64,000 bases of DNA, taken from NCBI GenBank assembly GCA_963805855.1, contig CAWDVW010000005.1, positions 608,001 through 672,000 on the forward strand, read 5' to 3'. Both the position numbers and the translations under genes were made by a program. The notes beneath the pieces were generated by a model. That model had not been told where the DNA came from, ran no database searches, and saw only the letters and a list, made by a program, of their open reading frames with translations. Origin of the DNA: Candidatus Dadabacteria bacterium (GTDB lineage: Bacteria > Desulfobacterota_D > UBA1144 > Nemesobacterales > CSP1-2). This document shows, piece by piece, positions 39,301 through 51,300 of this stretch. The stretch's first letter is position 1. Each line of letters begins with the position of its first letter.

Positions 39301-42300
39301 GAAAGATTGATAGAAAGGCACTGCCTGAGCCTGATAAAACAAGGCCAGAACTGGGTAGAGAATTTGTAGCACCCCGAACCCCTACAGAGGAGATACTGGC
39401 AGACATATGGGCCCAGGTGTTAGGCATAGAGAAAGTAGGAGTATACGACAACTTCTTTGAACTGGGAGGACACTCACTGCTTGCCACACAGGTGGTGTCC
39501 CGCACAAGAGATGCCTTTAAGGTAGAGCTGCCACTCAGAAACCTTATAGAAGAACCCACTGTTTCTCGGCTGGCAGAGACAATAGACGAGGCGGGAAAAA
39601 GGGGTGAGGGGCTGAAGGCACTTCCAATCATACCCATACCAAGGGATGGAGAACTTCCCGTATCCTTTGCCCAGGAGAGGCTATGGTTCCTCGATCAGTT
39701 TGAGCCAGGCAGCAGTGCTTACAACATGCCTGGGGCAGTGAGGGTAAGGGGCAGACTAGATGTGGAGCTACTGGAGCGCTCGATAAACGAGATAATAAGG
39801 CGTCATGGGTCACTCAGAACTACATTTAAATCAGTGGATGGAAAACCCAAACAGGTAATAGCAAGTGAGTTGAGTTTTGCACTACCAGTGGTAGACCTCA
39901 GAGAATTGCCAGAGGAGAAAAGGGAGTCTCGGGCTAGGACTTTAGCGATAGAAGAGGCAAAGACCCCATTTGACCTTGAGAGTGGTCCTCTACTCAGGGC
40001 TACCGTGCTAAGGCTTGGGGAGGAAGACCATGTCGGTCTATTCACGATGCACCACATCATATCAGATGGCTGGTCTATGGGAATACTCATCAGAGAGGTT
40101 GCGGCAATATATGATGCATATTCCAATGGAAAACCCTCACCCCTGCCAGAACTCCCGATACAGTATGCAGACTTTTCACAGTGGCAGAGACAGTGGCTAC
40201 AGGGTGAAGTGCTTGAGTCACAGCTACAGTACTGGAAACAGAAGCTTGATGGCCTGCCACCGGTTCTTGAGTTACCAACCGATAGGCCGAGGCCAGCTGT
40301 ACAGACATACAATGGGGCACATGAATCATTTGAGCTTTCCTCCGTGTTATCAGAAGCCCTTGGTGAGCTGAGTAGACGGGAAGGAGCTACACTGTTCATG
40401 ACGCTGCTTGGTGCCTTTCAGACACTGCTCTACAGGTATACAGGGCAGGAGGATATAGCAGTAGGTACGCCAATTGCAAACAGGAACCGGTCGGAGATCG
40501 AAGGGCTTATAGGTTTCTTTGTCAACACACTTGTGCTGCGTACTGATTTTTCAGGAAATCCGAGCTTCTTAGAACTATTGAGGAGAGTAAAAGAAACCTC
40601 TCTCGAAGCATACGCATATCAGGACCTACCTTTTGAGAGACTGGTGGAGGAGCTTAATCCCGAGAGGGACATGAGTCACTCGCCACTATTTCAGGTGATG
40701 TTTGTACTGCAGAATGTGCCTACCCAGGCCTTAGAGATAGAAGGCTTGACCTTGAGCCCACTGGAACCGGATAGCAGCAGGGCACTGTTTGACCTGACAT
40801 TAACGGTCAGTGATACAGATCAAGGACTAATGGGATCAATTGAATACAATACTGATCTCTTTGACGATACTACCATAACACTAATGATCGAGCATTTCCG
40901 AATTCTAGTGGAAAACATAGTAAAAAGCCCAGACCAGAGAATAACAGACCTGCCAATATTAACCGAGAAGGAAAGACATAAACTCCTTGTAGAATGGAAT
41001 GACACAAAGAGTGAATATCCCACAGATAAGTGTGTTCATCAATTATTTGAAGATCAGGTCAAGAAGACTCCTGATGCCACTGCAGTGGTCTTTGAAGATC
41101 AGAAACTTAGTTATAAGGAGCTAAACGAAAGAGCCAACCAATTAGGGCACTACCTTAGAGATCATGGGGTAGAACCTGAGTGCCGTGTGTGTGTATGTTT
41201 GGAAAGATCAATTGAGATGATAGTTGGGCTCCTGGGAATACTTAAAGCCGGAGGGGTTTATGTACCTGTTGATCCTTCTTATCCTAAACAACGGCTGGAA
41301 TTCATGCTGGAGGATTCAAAGGTAAAGGCAATCCTAACTCAAGAAAGTTTAGTAGAGATGCTTCCGACTAATGGTGCACAGGTAGTCTGCATTGACACAC
41401 AATGGGAAGGTATCGCTAAGAATACTAAGAAAAACCCAGTAAGTGGGATCACACCCAGCAACCTTGCCTATGTTATATACACCTCCGGCTCAACAGGGCT
41501 ACCCAAGGGCGTCGCAGTCCAGCACCGCTCGGTTGTCAATCATAATTTAGATGTTTCCAAAAGGTATGACCTTAAACAAGATGACCGAGTCCTGCAGTTT
41601 TACTCCATAAGTTTTGACGGCGCCGTTGAGGAGATATTTCCAACATTATTATCAGGGGCTACATTGGCCCTGAGGGGTGAAGAGATTCTTGCCCCGGGGA
41701 CTGAATTCTTAGACTTTGTTGCCAGTAACAAGATAAACGTTGTTAACCTACCCACTGCATACTGGCATGAGTGGGTAAAGGAACTGCCTAGCACAAATGG
41801 CAGGTTTCCGGACTCCCTCCGACTGGTGGTAGTGGGAGGAGACCGGGTCTCGCCAGACAGATATGAGACATGGAGTGAGGTAGTAGATGGTAGAGTGCGC
41901 TGGATTGACACATATGGTCCAACAGAGACAACTGTGATATCGACAATGGCTGAACCTGATGGGATATCAAGGCTCTCCATTGGACAACCTATCGCGAACA
42001 CAACGACTTACATCCTTGATAAACACATGTATCCTGCCCCTCCAGGAGTCCCGGGAGAATTACACATCGGAGGTTTGGGCTTGGCCAGAGGCTATATGAA
42101 CCTTCCAGAGCTCACAGCGGAGAAATTCATACCCAATCCCTTCAGCGACGATTCTGGGGAGAGGCTTTACAAAACAGGTGATCTTGCCCGCTATCTACCA
42201 GATGGGAACATAGAATTTCTAGGCAGGATAGACCATCAAGTTAAGATTCGCGGATTCAGGATAGAAACCGGGGAAGTTGAATCAGTACTGAGAGAACATC

Positions 42301-45300
42301 CATATGTAAAAGATGCAGTCGTTGTAGCAAGGGGGGATGGGAGTGGAGATCCTTCGACTTCGCTCAGGACAGACAAGCACCTGGTGGCATACGTGGTAAC
42401 AGCAGGGGAAAATCAAACCACTGATAGTGAGCTAAGAAACTACTTAAAGCAAAAGCTACCCGAGTACATGGTGCCATCATCATTTGTAACACTGGATGAA
42501 TTACCACTCACTCCAAGTGGAAAGGTAGATAGAAAGGCACTGCCTGAGCCTGATAAAACAAGGCCAGAACTGGGTAGAGAATTTGTAGCACCGCGAACTC
42601 CCACAGAGGAGATACTCTCAGACATATGGGCCCAGGTGTTAGGCATAGAGAAAGTAGGAGTATACGACAACTTCTTTGAACTGGGAGGACACTCACTGCT
42701 TGCCACACAGGTGGTGTCCCGCACAAGAGATGCCTTTAAGGTAGAGCTGCCACTCAGAAACCTTATAGAAGAACCCACTGTTTCTCGGCTGGCAGAGACA
42801 ATAGACGAGGCGGGAAAAAGGGGTGAGGGGCTGAAGGCACTTCCAATCATACCCATACCAAGGGATGGAGAACTTCCCGTATCCTTTGCCCAGGAGAGGC
42901 TATGGTTCCTCGATCAGTTTGAGCCAGGCAGCAGTGCTTACAACATGCCTGGGGCAGTGAGGGTAAGGGGCAGACTAGATGTGGAGCTACTGGAGCGCTC
43001 GATAAACGAGATAATAAGGCGTCATGGGTCACTCAGAACTACATTTAAATCAGTGGATGGAAAACCCAAACAGGTAATAGCAAGTGAGTTGAGTTTTGCA
43101 CTACCAGTGGTAGACCTCAGAGAATTGCCAGAGGAGAAAAGGGAGTCTCGGGCTAGGACTTTAGCGATAGAAGAGGCAAAGACCCCATTTGACCTTGAGA
43201 GTGGTCCTCTACTCAGGGCTACCGTGCTAAGGCTTGGGGAGGAAGACCATGTCGGTCTATTCACGATGCACCACATCATATCAGATGGCTGGTCTATGGG
43301 AATACTCATCAGAGAGGTTGCGGCAATATATGATGCATATTCCAATGGAAAACCCTCACCCCTGCCAGAACTCCCGATACAGTATGCAGACTTTTCACAG
43401 TGGCAGAGACAGTGGCTACAGGGTGAAGTGCTTGAGTCACAGCTACAGTACTGGAAACAGAAGCTTGATGGCCTGCCACCGGTTCTTGAGTTACCAACCG
43501 ATAGGCCGAGGCCAGCTGTACAGACATACAATGGGGCACATGAATCATTTGAGCTTTCCTCCGTGTTATCAGAAGCCCTTGGTGAGCTGAGTAGACGGGA
43601 AGGAGCTACACTGTTCATGACGCTGCTTGGTGCCTTTCAGACACTGCTCTACAGGTATACAGGGCAGGAGGATATAGCAGTAGGTACGCCAATTGCAAAC
43701 AGGAACCGGTCGGAGATCGAAGGGCTTATAGGTTTCTTTGTCAACACACTTGTGCTGCGTACTGATTTTTCAGGAAATCCGAGCTTCTTAGAACTATTGA
43801 GGAGAGTAAAAGAAACCTCTCTCGAAGCATACGCATATCAGGACCTACCTTTTGAGAGACTGGTGGAGGAGCTTAATCCCGAGAGGGACATGAGTCACTC
43901 GCCACTATTTCAGGTGATGTTTGTACTGCAGAATGTGCCTACCCAGGCCTTAGAGATAGAAGGCTTGACCTTGAGCCCACTGGAACCGGATAGCAGCAGG
44001 GCACTGTTTGACCTGACATTAACGGTCAGTGATACAGATCAAGGACTAATGGGATCAATTGAATACAATACTGATCTCTTTGACGATACTACCATAACAC
44101 TAATGATCGAGCATTTCCGAATTCTAGTGGAAAACATAGTAAAAAGCCCAGACCAGAGAATAACAGACCTGCCAATATTAACCGAGAAGGAAAGACATAA
44201 ACTCCTTGTAGAATGGAATGACACAAAGAGTGAATATCCCACAGATAAGTGTGTTCATCAATTATTTGAAGATCAGGTCAAGAAGACTCCTGATGCCACT
44301 GCAGTGGTCTTTGAAGATCAGAAACTTAGTTATAAGGAGCTAAACGAAAGAGCCAACCAATTAGGGCACTACCTTAGAGATCATGGGGTAGAACCTGAGT
44401 GCCGTGTGTGTGTATGTTTGGAAAGATCAATTGAGATGATAGTTGGGCTCCTGGGAATACTTAAAGCCGGAGGGGTTTATGTACCTGTTGATCCTTCTTA
44501 TCCTAAACAACGGCTGGAATTCATGCTGGAGGATTCAAAGGTAAAGGCAATCCTAACTCAAGAAAGTTTAGTAGAGATGCTTCCGACTAATGGTGCACAG
44601 GTAGTCTGCATTGACACACAATGGGAAGGTATCGCTAAGAATACTAAGAAAAACCCAGTAAGTGGGATCACACCCAGCAACCTTGCCTATGTTATATACA
44701 CCTCCGGCTCCACTGGGAAACCAAAGGGGGTACCTATAATCCATAGTTCTTTAGTGAATTTCCTTTGTTCCATGGGTGAGCAACCAGGCCTGACAAGCAA
44801 AGACCTTATGCTCGCAATTACTACTTTGTCCTTCGATATTGCAGCGCTGGAGATTTTTCTTCCTATCATTAAAGGTGCCTGCGTTGAACTGGTAACCCGC
44901 GAGGTCGCATCCTATGGTACTCAGTTGCTAAAAAAGATTACGGATTCCGGCGCAACGGTAATTCAAGCCACCCCAGCTACATGGCGAATGCTTTTAGAAG
45001 TGGGTTGGAGTAATAAGGATAGACCAAAAATACTCTGCGGGGGTGAAGCCCTTTCGAGTGATTTAGCAGATGAATTAGTAAAAAGATCAGATTCACTTTG
45101 GAATGTCTATGGTCCTACGGAAACTACAATTTGGTCTACTATTCACCGAGTCAGTAAAAGAAGTGCTTTCGTTTCAATCGGACGACCAATTGGAAATACT
45201 CAAATATATATCTTGGACAAGCACCTAACCCCTGTGCCCATAGGAGTACCTGGGGAGCTACATATAGGTGGTGCGGGTCTAGCAAGAGGATATTTAAACA

Positions 45301-48300
45301 GCCCGGAACTGACGGTGGAGAAGTTCATACCAAATCCCTTCAGCGATACACCCGGGGAGAGGCTTTACAAAACAGGTGATCTTGCCCGCTATCTACCAGA
45401 TGGGAACATAGAGTTTCTGGGGAGGATAGACAATCAGGTAAAGATACGTGGTTTCAGGATAGAAACAGGGGAAATAGAATCTATACTTAGAGAACACCCC
45501 GCTGTAAGAGATGCGGTCGTTGTAGCAAGGGGGGATGGGAGTGGAGATCCTTCGACTTCGCTCAGGACAGACAAGCAGCTCATCGCGTATCTGATTTATC
45601 AAGGGGGGCAGGAAGTAATTGTAAGTGAGGTGAGGGGGTTTTTAAGGGAAAAGCTACCTGAGTACATGGTGCCATCATCATTTGTAACACTGGATGAATT
45701 ACCACTCACTCCAAGTGGAAAGGTAGATAGAAAGGCACTGCCTGAGCCTGATAAAACAAGGCCAGAACTGGGTAGAGAATTTGTAGCACCGCGAACTCCC
45801 ACAGAGGAGATACTCTCAGACATATGGGCCCAGGTGTTAGGCATAGAGAAAGTAGGAGTATATGACAACTTCTTTGAACTGGGAGGACACTCACTGCTTG
45901 CCACACAGGTGGTGTCCCGCACAAGAGATGCCTTTAAGGTAGAGCTGCCACTCAGAAACCTTATAGAGAAACCCACTGTTGCTCGACTAGCAGAGATAAT
46001 AGATGAGGAGAAGAAAAAAGGTGAGGAACTAGAAGGTCCACCTATTAAACCAATACCAAGGGATATCGAACTTCCCGTATCCTTTGCCCAGGAGAGGCTA
46101 TGGTTCCTCGATCAGTTTGATCCAGGCAGCAGTGCCTACAACATGCCTGTAGCAGTGAGAGTAAGGGGCAGACTAGATGTGGAGTTACTGGAGCGCTCGA
46201 TAAACGAGATAATAAGGCGTCATGGGTCACTCAGGACTACATTTAAATCAGTGGATGGAAAACCAGTACAGGTAATAGCTCCAGAGTTGAGTTTTACACT
46301 ACCAGTGATAGACCTCAGTGAATTGCCAGAGGAGCAAAGGGAGTCTCGGGCAAGGACTTTAGCGATAGAAGAGTTTACTAAACCATTTGACCTTGCCAAA
46401 GGTGCACTCATAAGAGCTAAGGTTCTGCATATGGGGGAAGATGAGCATGTGGTTTTATTTACGATGCACCACATCATATCAGATGGCTGGTCTATGGGCA
46501 TACTCATCACAGAGGTTGCGGCAATATATGATGCATACTCCCGTGGGGAACCCTCACCCCTGCCGGAACTACCGATACAATATGGAGACTTTTCACAGTG
46601 GCAGAGACAGTGGCTACAGGGTGAGGTGCTTGAGTCACAGCTAGGGTACTGGAAACAGAAGCTTGATGGCCTACCACCGGTTCTTGAGTTACCAACCGAT
46701 AGACCGAGACCAGCTATACAGACATACAATGGGGCACATGAATCATTTGAGCTTTCCTCCGTGTTATCAGAAGCCCTAGCTGAGCTGAGTAGAAGGGAAG
46801 GAGCTACACTGTTCATGACGCTGCTTGCTGCCTTTCAGACACTGCTCTATAGGTATACAGGGCAGGAGGATATAGCAGTAGGTACGCCAATAGCAAACAG
46901 GAACCGGTCGGAGATCGAAGGGCTTATAGGTTTCTTTGTCAACACACTTGTGCTGCGTACTGACTTTTCAGGAAATCCGAGCTTCTTAGAACTATTGAGG
47001 AGAGTAAAAGAAACCTCTCTCGAAGCATACGCACATCAGGACCTACCCTTTGAAAAGCTGGTAGAACACTTAAGGCCGGAGCGTGACCTGAGTAGAACAC
47101 CGTTATTTCAGGTGTTTTTCAATATGCTAAATGTCAAACTTGAGCAACAAAACGTAAAAGGGCTCGCCATCGAGGATTTCCCATTATCAGATATGGAATC
47201 AAAATTTGATTTAACCCTCTATGCCGATGAAGGACAAGGGAGAATCAGCTTTTTGTTTGCCTACAATAGGGACCTTTTTAACCGAGATAGGATCCATTGT
47301 TTAACACAACAATTTCTCCATCTTCTCAATCAAATCGCCAAAGAGCCAGACAAAAAGCTTTCTACCTATTCCCTTGTAGCCCCAGAGCATAGGGACATAA
47401 TTCCAGATCCCTCCATCATCATAACTGAGCCTGATCTTGAACCAGTTACTTCTACGTTTTTAAGAATAGCCGAAACGCTTCCAAATCATATAGCAGTTTC
47501 TCAGGGAAACCGAAACTGGACATACGCGAAACTTGCATGGAGTTCTTCTATTATTGCGAGAACCCTTCGATCAAGGGAATTCCAGAAAGGCGATGTAGTT
47601 GCCATACATGGAGAGAAATCCATTGGTTTAATTGCAAGTGTGATAGGGGTACTTTTAAATGGCTGTGTAATCCTTACTCTGGATCGACAACTACCTGACG
47701 ATAGAAAACAATTGATGCTCAGGGAGGCAGGTGTGAAAGGTCTGGTATTAGTCGGTAGTAACGACTATGAACATAGATGGTCCGATAAGCAAGTAGGGAT
47801 AAAGGTCATAAGAGTCGACAGTTGGGATGGTCTGCCATGTGATTTTGATAGCAGTTCGCTCTGCGAGCGTGTTCAATTGCCGTTGATCAAGTCAAGTGAT
47901 CGCGCCTATATTTTCTTTACCTCAGGAAGCACAGGTTTACCTAAAGGCATATTGGGTTGGCATAAGGGCTTAAGCCATTTCATTAACTGGCAACATAACG
48001 CATTCAATATTAATAGCCAAGATAGAGTTTCTCAACTTATAAGTTTATCCTTCGATGCTGTGCTAAGAGATATTTTCTTGCCTTTGACAAGCGGCGCAAC
48101 TCTTTGCTTGCCAGAAGAAAGTGACGATATAGCAGCGAATGACGTGTTAAATTGGTTGGATGTGCAAAAGGTAACGGTACTGCATACCGTACCTAGTATA
48201 ACGCAATTCTGGCTGACAAATCGCGCTAGTGAAAGATCATTAAGATATCTCCGATATGTGTTCTTTGCGGGCGAACCTCTCACAGATAGTCTGGTTAATG

Positions 48301-51300
48301 ATTGGAAAAATTCATTACACTATGATGGGAAAATCGTGAATCTTTATGGTCCCACTGAGACGACGCTAGTAAAGAGCTACTATGAAGTTCCACAAGAGGT
48401 TTCACCTGGAATACAACCAATAGGCAAAGCGATGCCCCAGACACAGGTTCTTATTCTAAATACTGACTATGAGCTATGCGGCATCGGTGAGCCTGGAGAG
48501 ATTGTAATTCGTACGCCTTTCCGCACCCTTGGATATATCAATTCACCTGACGAGCAGCTGAAGCGCTTTAGAAACAACCCTTTCAGCAAAGATGAGAATG
48601 ATGTTGTCTACTTAACAGGTGATCTCGGCCGTTATAGGCCAGATGGCTCTCTCGATATTCTTGGCCGCGTCGATGATCAGCTAAAGATCAGAGGGGTTCG
48701 AGTAGAACCTTCAGAGGTGACGGCGACACTCTCACAGCATCCTGATGTACAGGCATGCTTTGTTACTGAATGGAAAAATGAGAATGGAGAAAGGGCGCTA
48801 GTCGCTTATGTTGTAACCTCTGATAAACAGGATCTTAGGATAGACAATATAAGAAAGTTCCTAATCAATAGACTGCCATTGGCATTTGTCCCTTCGGTTT
48901 TTGTAACAATTGATCAACTTCCGTTGACCGCCAATGGTAAAGTAGACCGTCAAGCGTTACCATCTCCCCTTGTCTCAAAGATAGAGATAAAAAGTGATTT
49001 CGTATCTCCTCGCAACACTACTGAGAAAATTCTAGTTGATATATGGATTCAAGTGCTAGGTCATAACAAAGTGGGAATTCATGACAACTTTTTTGATCTT
49101 GGCGGACACTCCCTTCTGGCTACGCAAATTATATCTCGCGTCCGTGAGGCCTTCAATGTGGAGCTACCCCTGCGCGGTCTTATCGAAGAGCCAACAATAT
49201 CTAATATGGCAAAGGCGATCGAAGAAGCCAAAAATGTTGAAAGTGAGACTCAGGCACCTCCAATTAAGCCGATTCGACGAGAGATCGAACTTCCCGTATC
49301 CTTTGCCCAGGAGAGGCTATGGTTCCTCGATCAGTTTGATCCAGGCAGCAGTGCCTACAACATGCCTGTAGCAGTGAGAGTAAGGGGTAGACTAGATTTG
49401 AAGGTACTGGAGCGCTCGATAAACGAGATAATAAGGCGTCAGGGGTCACTGAGAACTACATTTAAATCAGTGGATGGAAAACCCAAACAGGTAATAGCAA
49501 GTGAGTTGAGTTTTGCACTACCAGTGATAGACCTCAGAGAATTGCCAGAGGAGAAAAGGGAGTCTCGGGCTAGGACTTTAGCGATAGAAGAGGCAAAGAC
49601 CCCATTTGACCTTGAGAGTGGTCCTCTACTCAGGGCTACCGTGCTAAGGCTTGGGGAGGAAGACCATGTCGGTCTATTCACGATGCACCACATCATATCA
49701 GATGGCTGGTCTATGGGAATACTCATCAGAGAGGTTGCGGCAATATATGATGCATACTCCCGTGGGGAACCCTCACCCCTGCCGGAACTACCGATACAAT
49801 ATGGAGACTTTTCACAGTGGCAGAGACAGTGGCTACAGGGTGAGGTGCTTGAGTCACAGCTAGGGTACTGGAAACAGAAGCTTGATGGCCTACCACCGGT
49901 TCTTGAGTTACCAACCGATAGACCGAGACCAGCTATACAGACATACAATGGGGCACATGAATCATTTGAGCTTTCCTCCGTGTTATCAGAAGCCCTAGCT
50001 GAGCTGAGTAGAAGGGAAGGAGCTACACTGTTCATGACGCTGCTTGCTGCCTTTCAGACACTGCTCTATAGGTATACAGGGCAGGAGGATATAGCAGTAG
50101 GTACGCCAATAGCAAACAGGAACCGGTCGGAGATCGAAGGGCTTATAGGTTTCTTTGTCAACACACTTGTGCTGCGTACTGACTTTTCAGGAAATCCGAG
50201 CTTCTTAGAACTATTGAGGAGAGTAAAAGAAACCTCTCTCGAAGCATACGCACATCAGGACCTACCCTTTGAGAGACTGGTGGAGGAACTTAATCCCGAG
50301 AGAAACATGAGTCACTCACCACTTTTTCAGGTGATGTTTGCACTGCAGAACACACCGATGCAATCCGTAGACCTGGGAGACCTGGTGATTAGTCCGGTGG
50401 ATATGGAGAGAGAAACCGCGAAGTTTGATCTTACAATGTTCATGGTGGAAACGGACGGGAGACTAATGGGGTCAATCGAATACAACACCAACCTCTTTAA
50501 CGATACCACCATAACTCGAATGATAGAGCATTTCCGAACTCTGGTGGAAAACATAGTGAAAAGTCCAGACCACAGAATAACAGAGCTGCCCATATTAAAC
50601 GAGAAGGAAAGACATCAACTCCTTGTGGAATGGAATGACACTAAGAGGGAATACCCCAGAGAAAGGTGTGTACATGAACTATTTGAGGAACAGGTGGAAA
50701 AGACTCCGAACAATATCGCGCTTGTGTTCGAAGATCAAAAACTTACTTACAAAGAATTAAACGAGAGATCCAATCAGTTGGCTTATTATCTGATTGAACT
50801 TGGAGTTGGACGGGAAACACTGGTTGGAATATGCATGGAGAGATCATTGGAGATGATCATAGGTCTATTGGGAATACTCAAGGCCGGCGGGGGCTATGTG
50901 CCGCTTGACCCCTCATATCCCAAGAAGCGGCTAGAGTTCATGATAAAGGATTCACAAATAGATATGCTTCTTACTCAGACAAGCTTGGTCGAAACGGTAC
51001 AAGGGGATGAATTGACAATGACTTGCCTTGACGAGCAGTGGAATGATATCGCCACGAGGAGTAAGAGAAACCCCTCAAGCCGTGTATCCACAGATAACCT
51101 TGCCTATGTCATTTATACCTCAGGCTCCACAGGCAATCCTAAGGGTGTGGGAATCGCACATAGCGCCCTCCATAACCTTCTTTTATGGCAACTCTCAAAT
51201 CTCTCGTCATCCCTCAATGCCAAAACGCTTCAATTTTCTCCTGTAAGCTTCGACGTCTCCTTTCAGGAGATATTATCAACCTTGCTCGGTGGAGGGTCGT

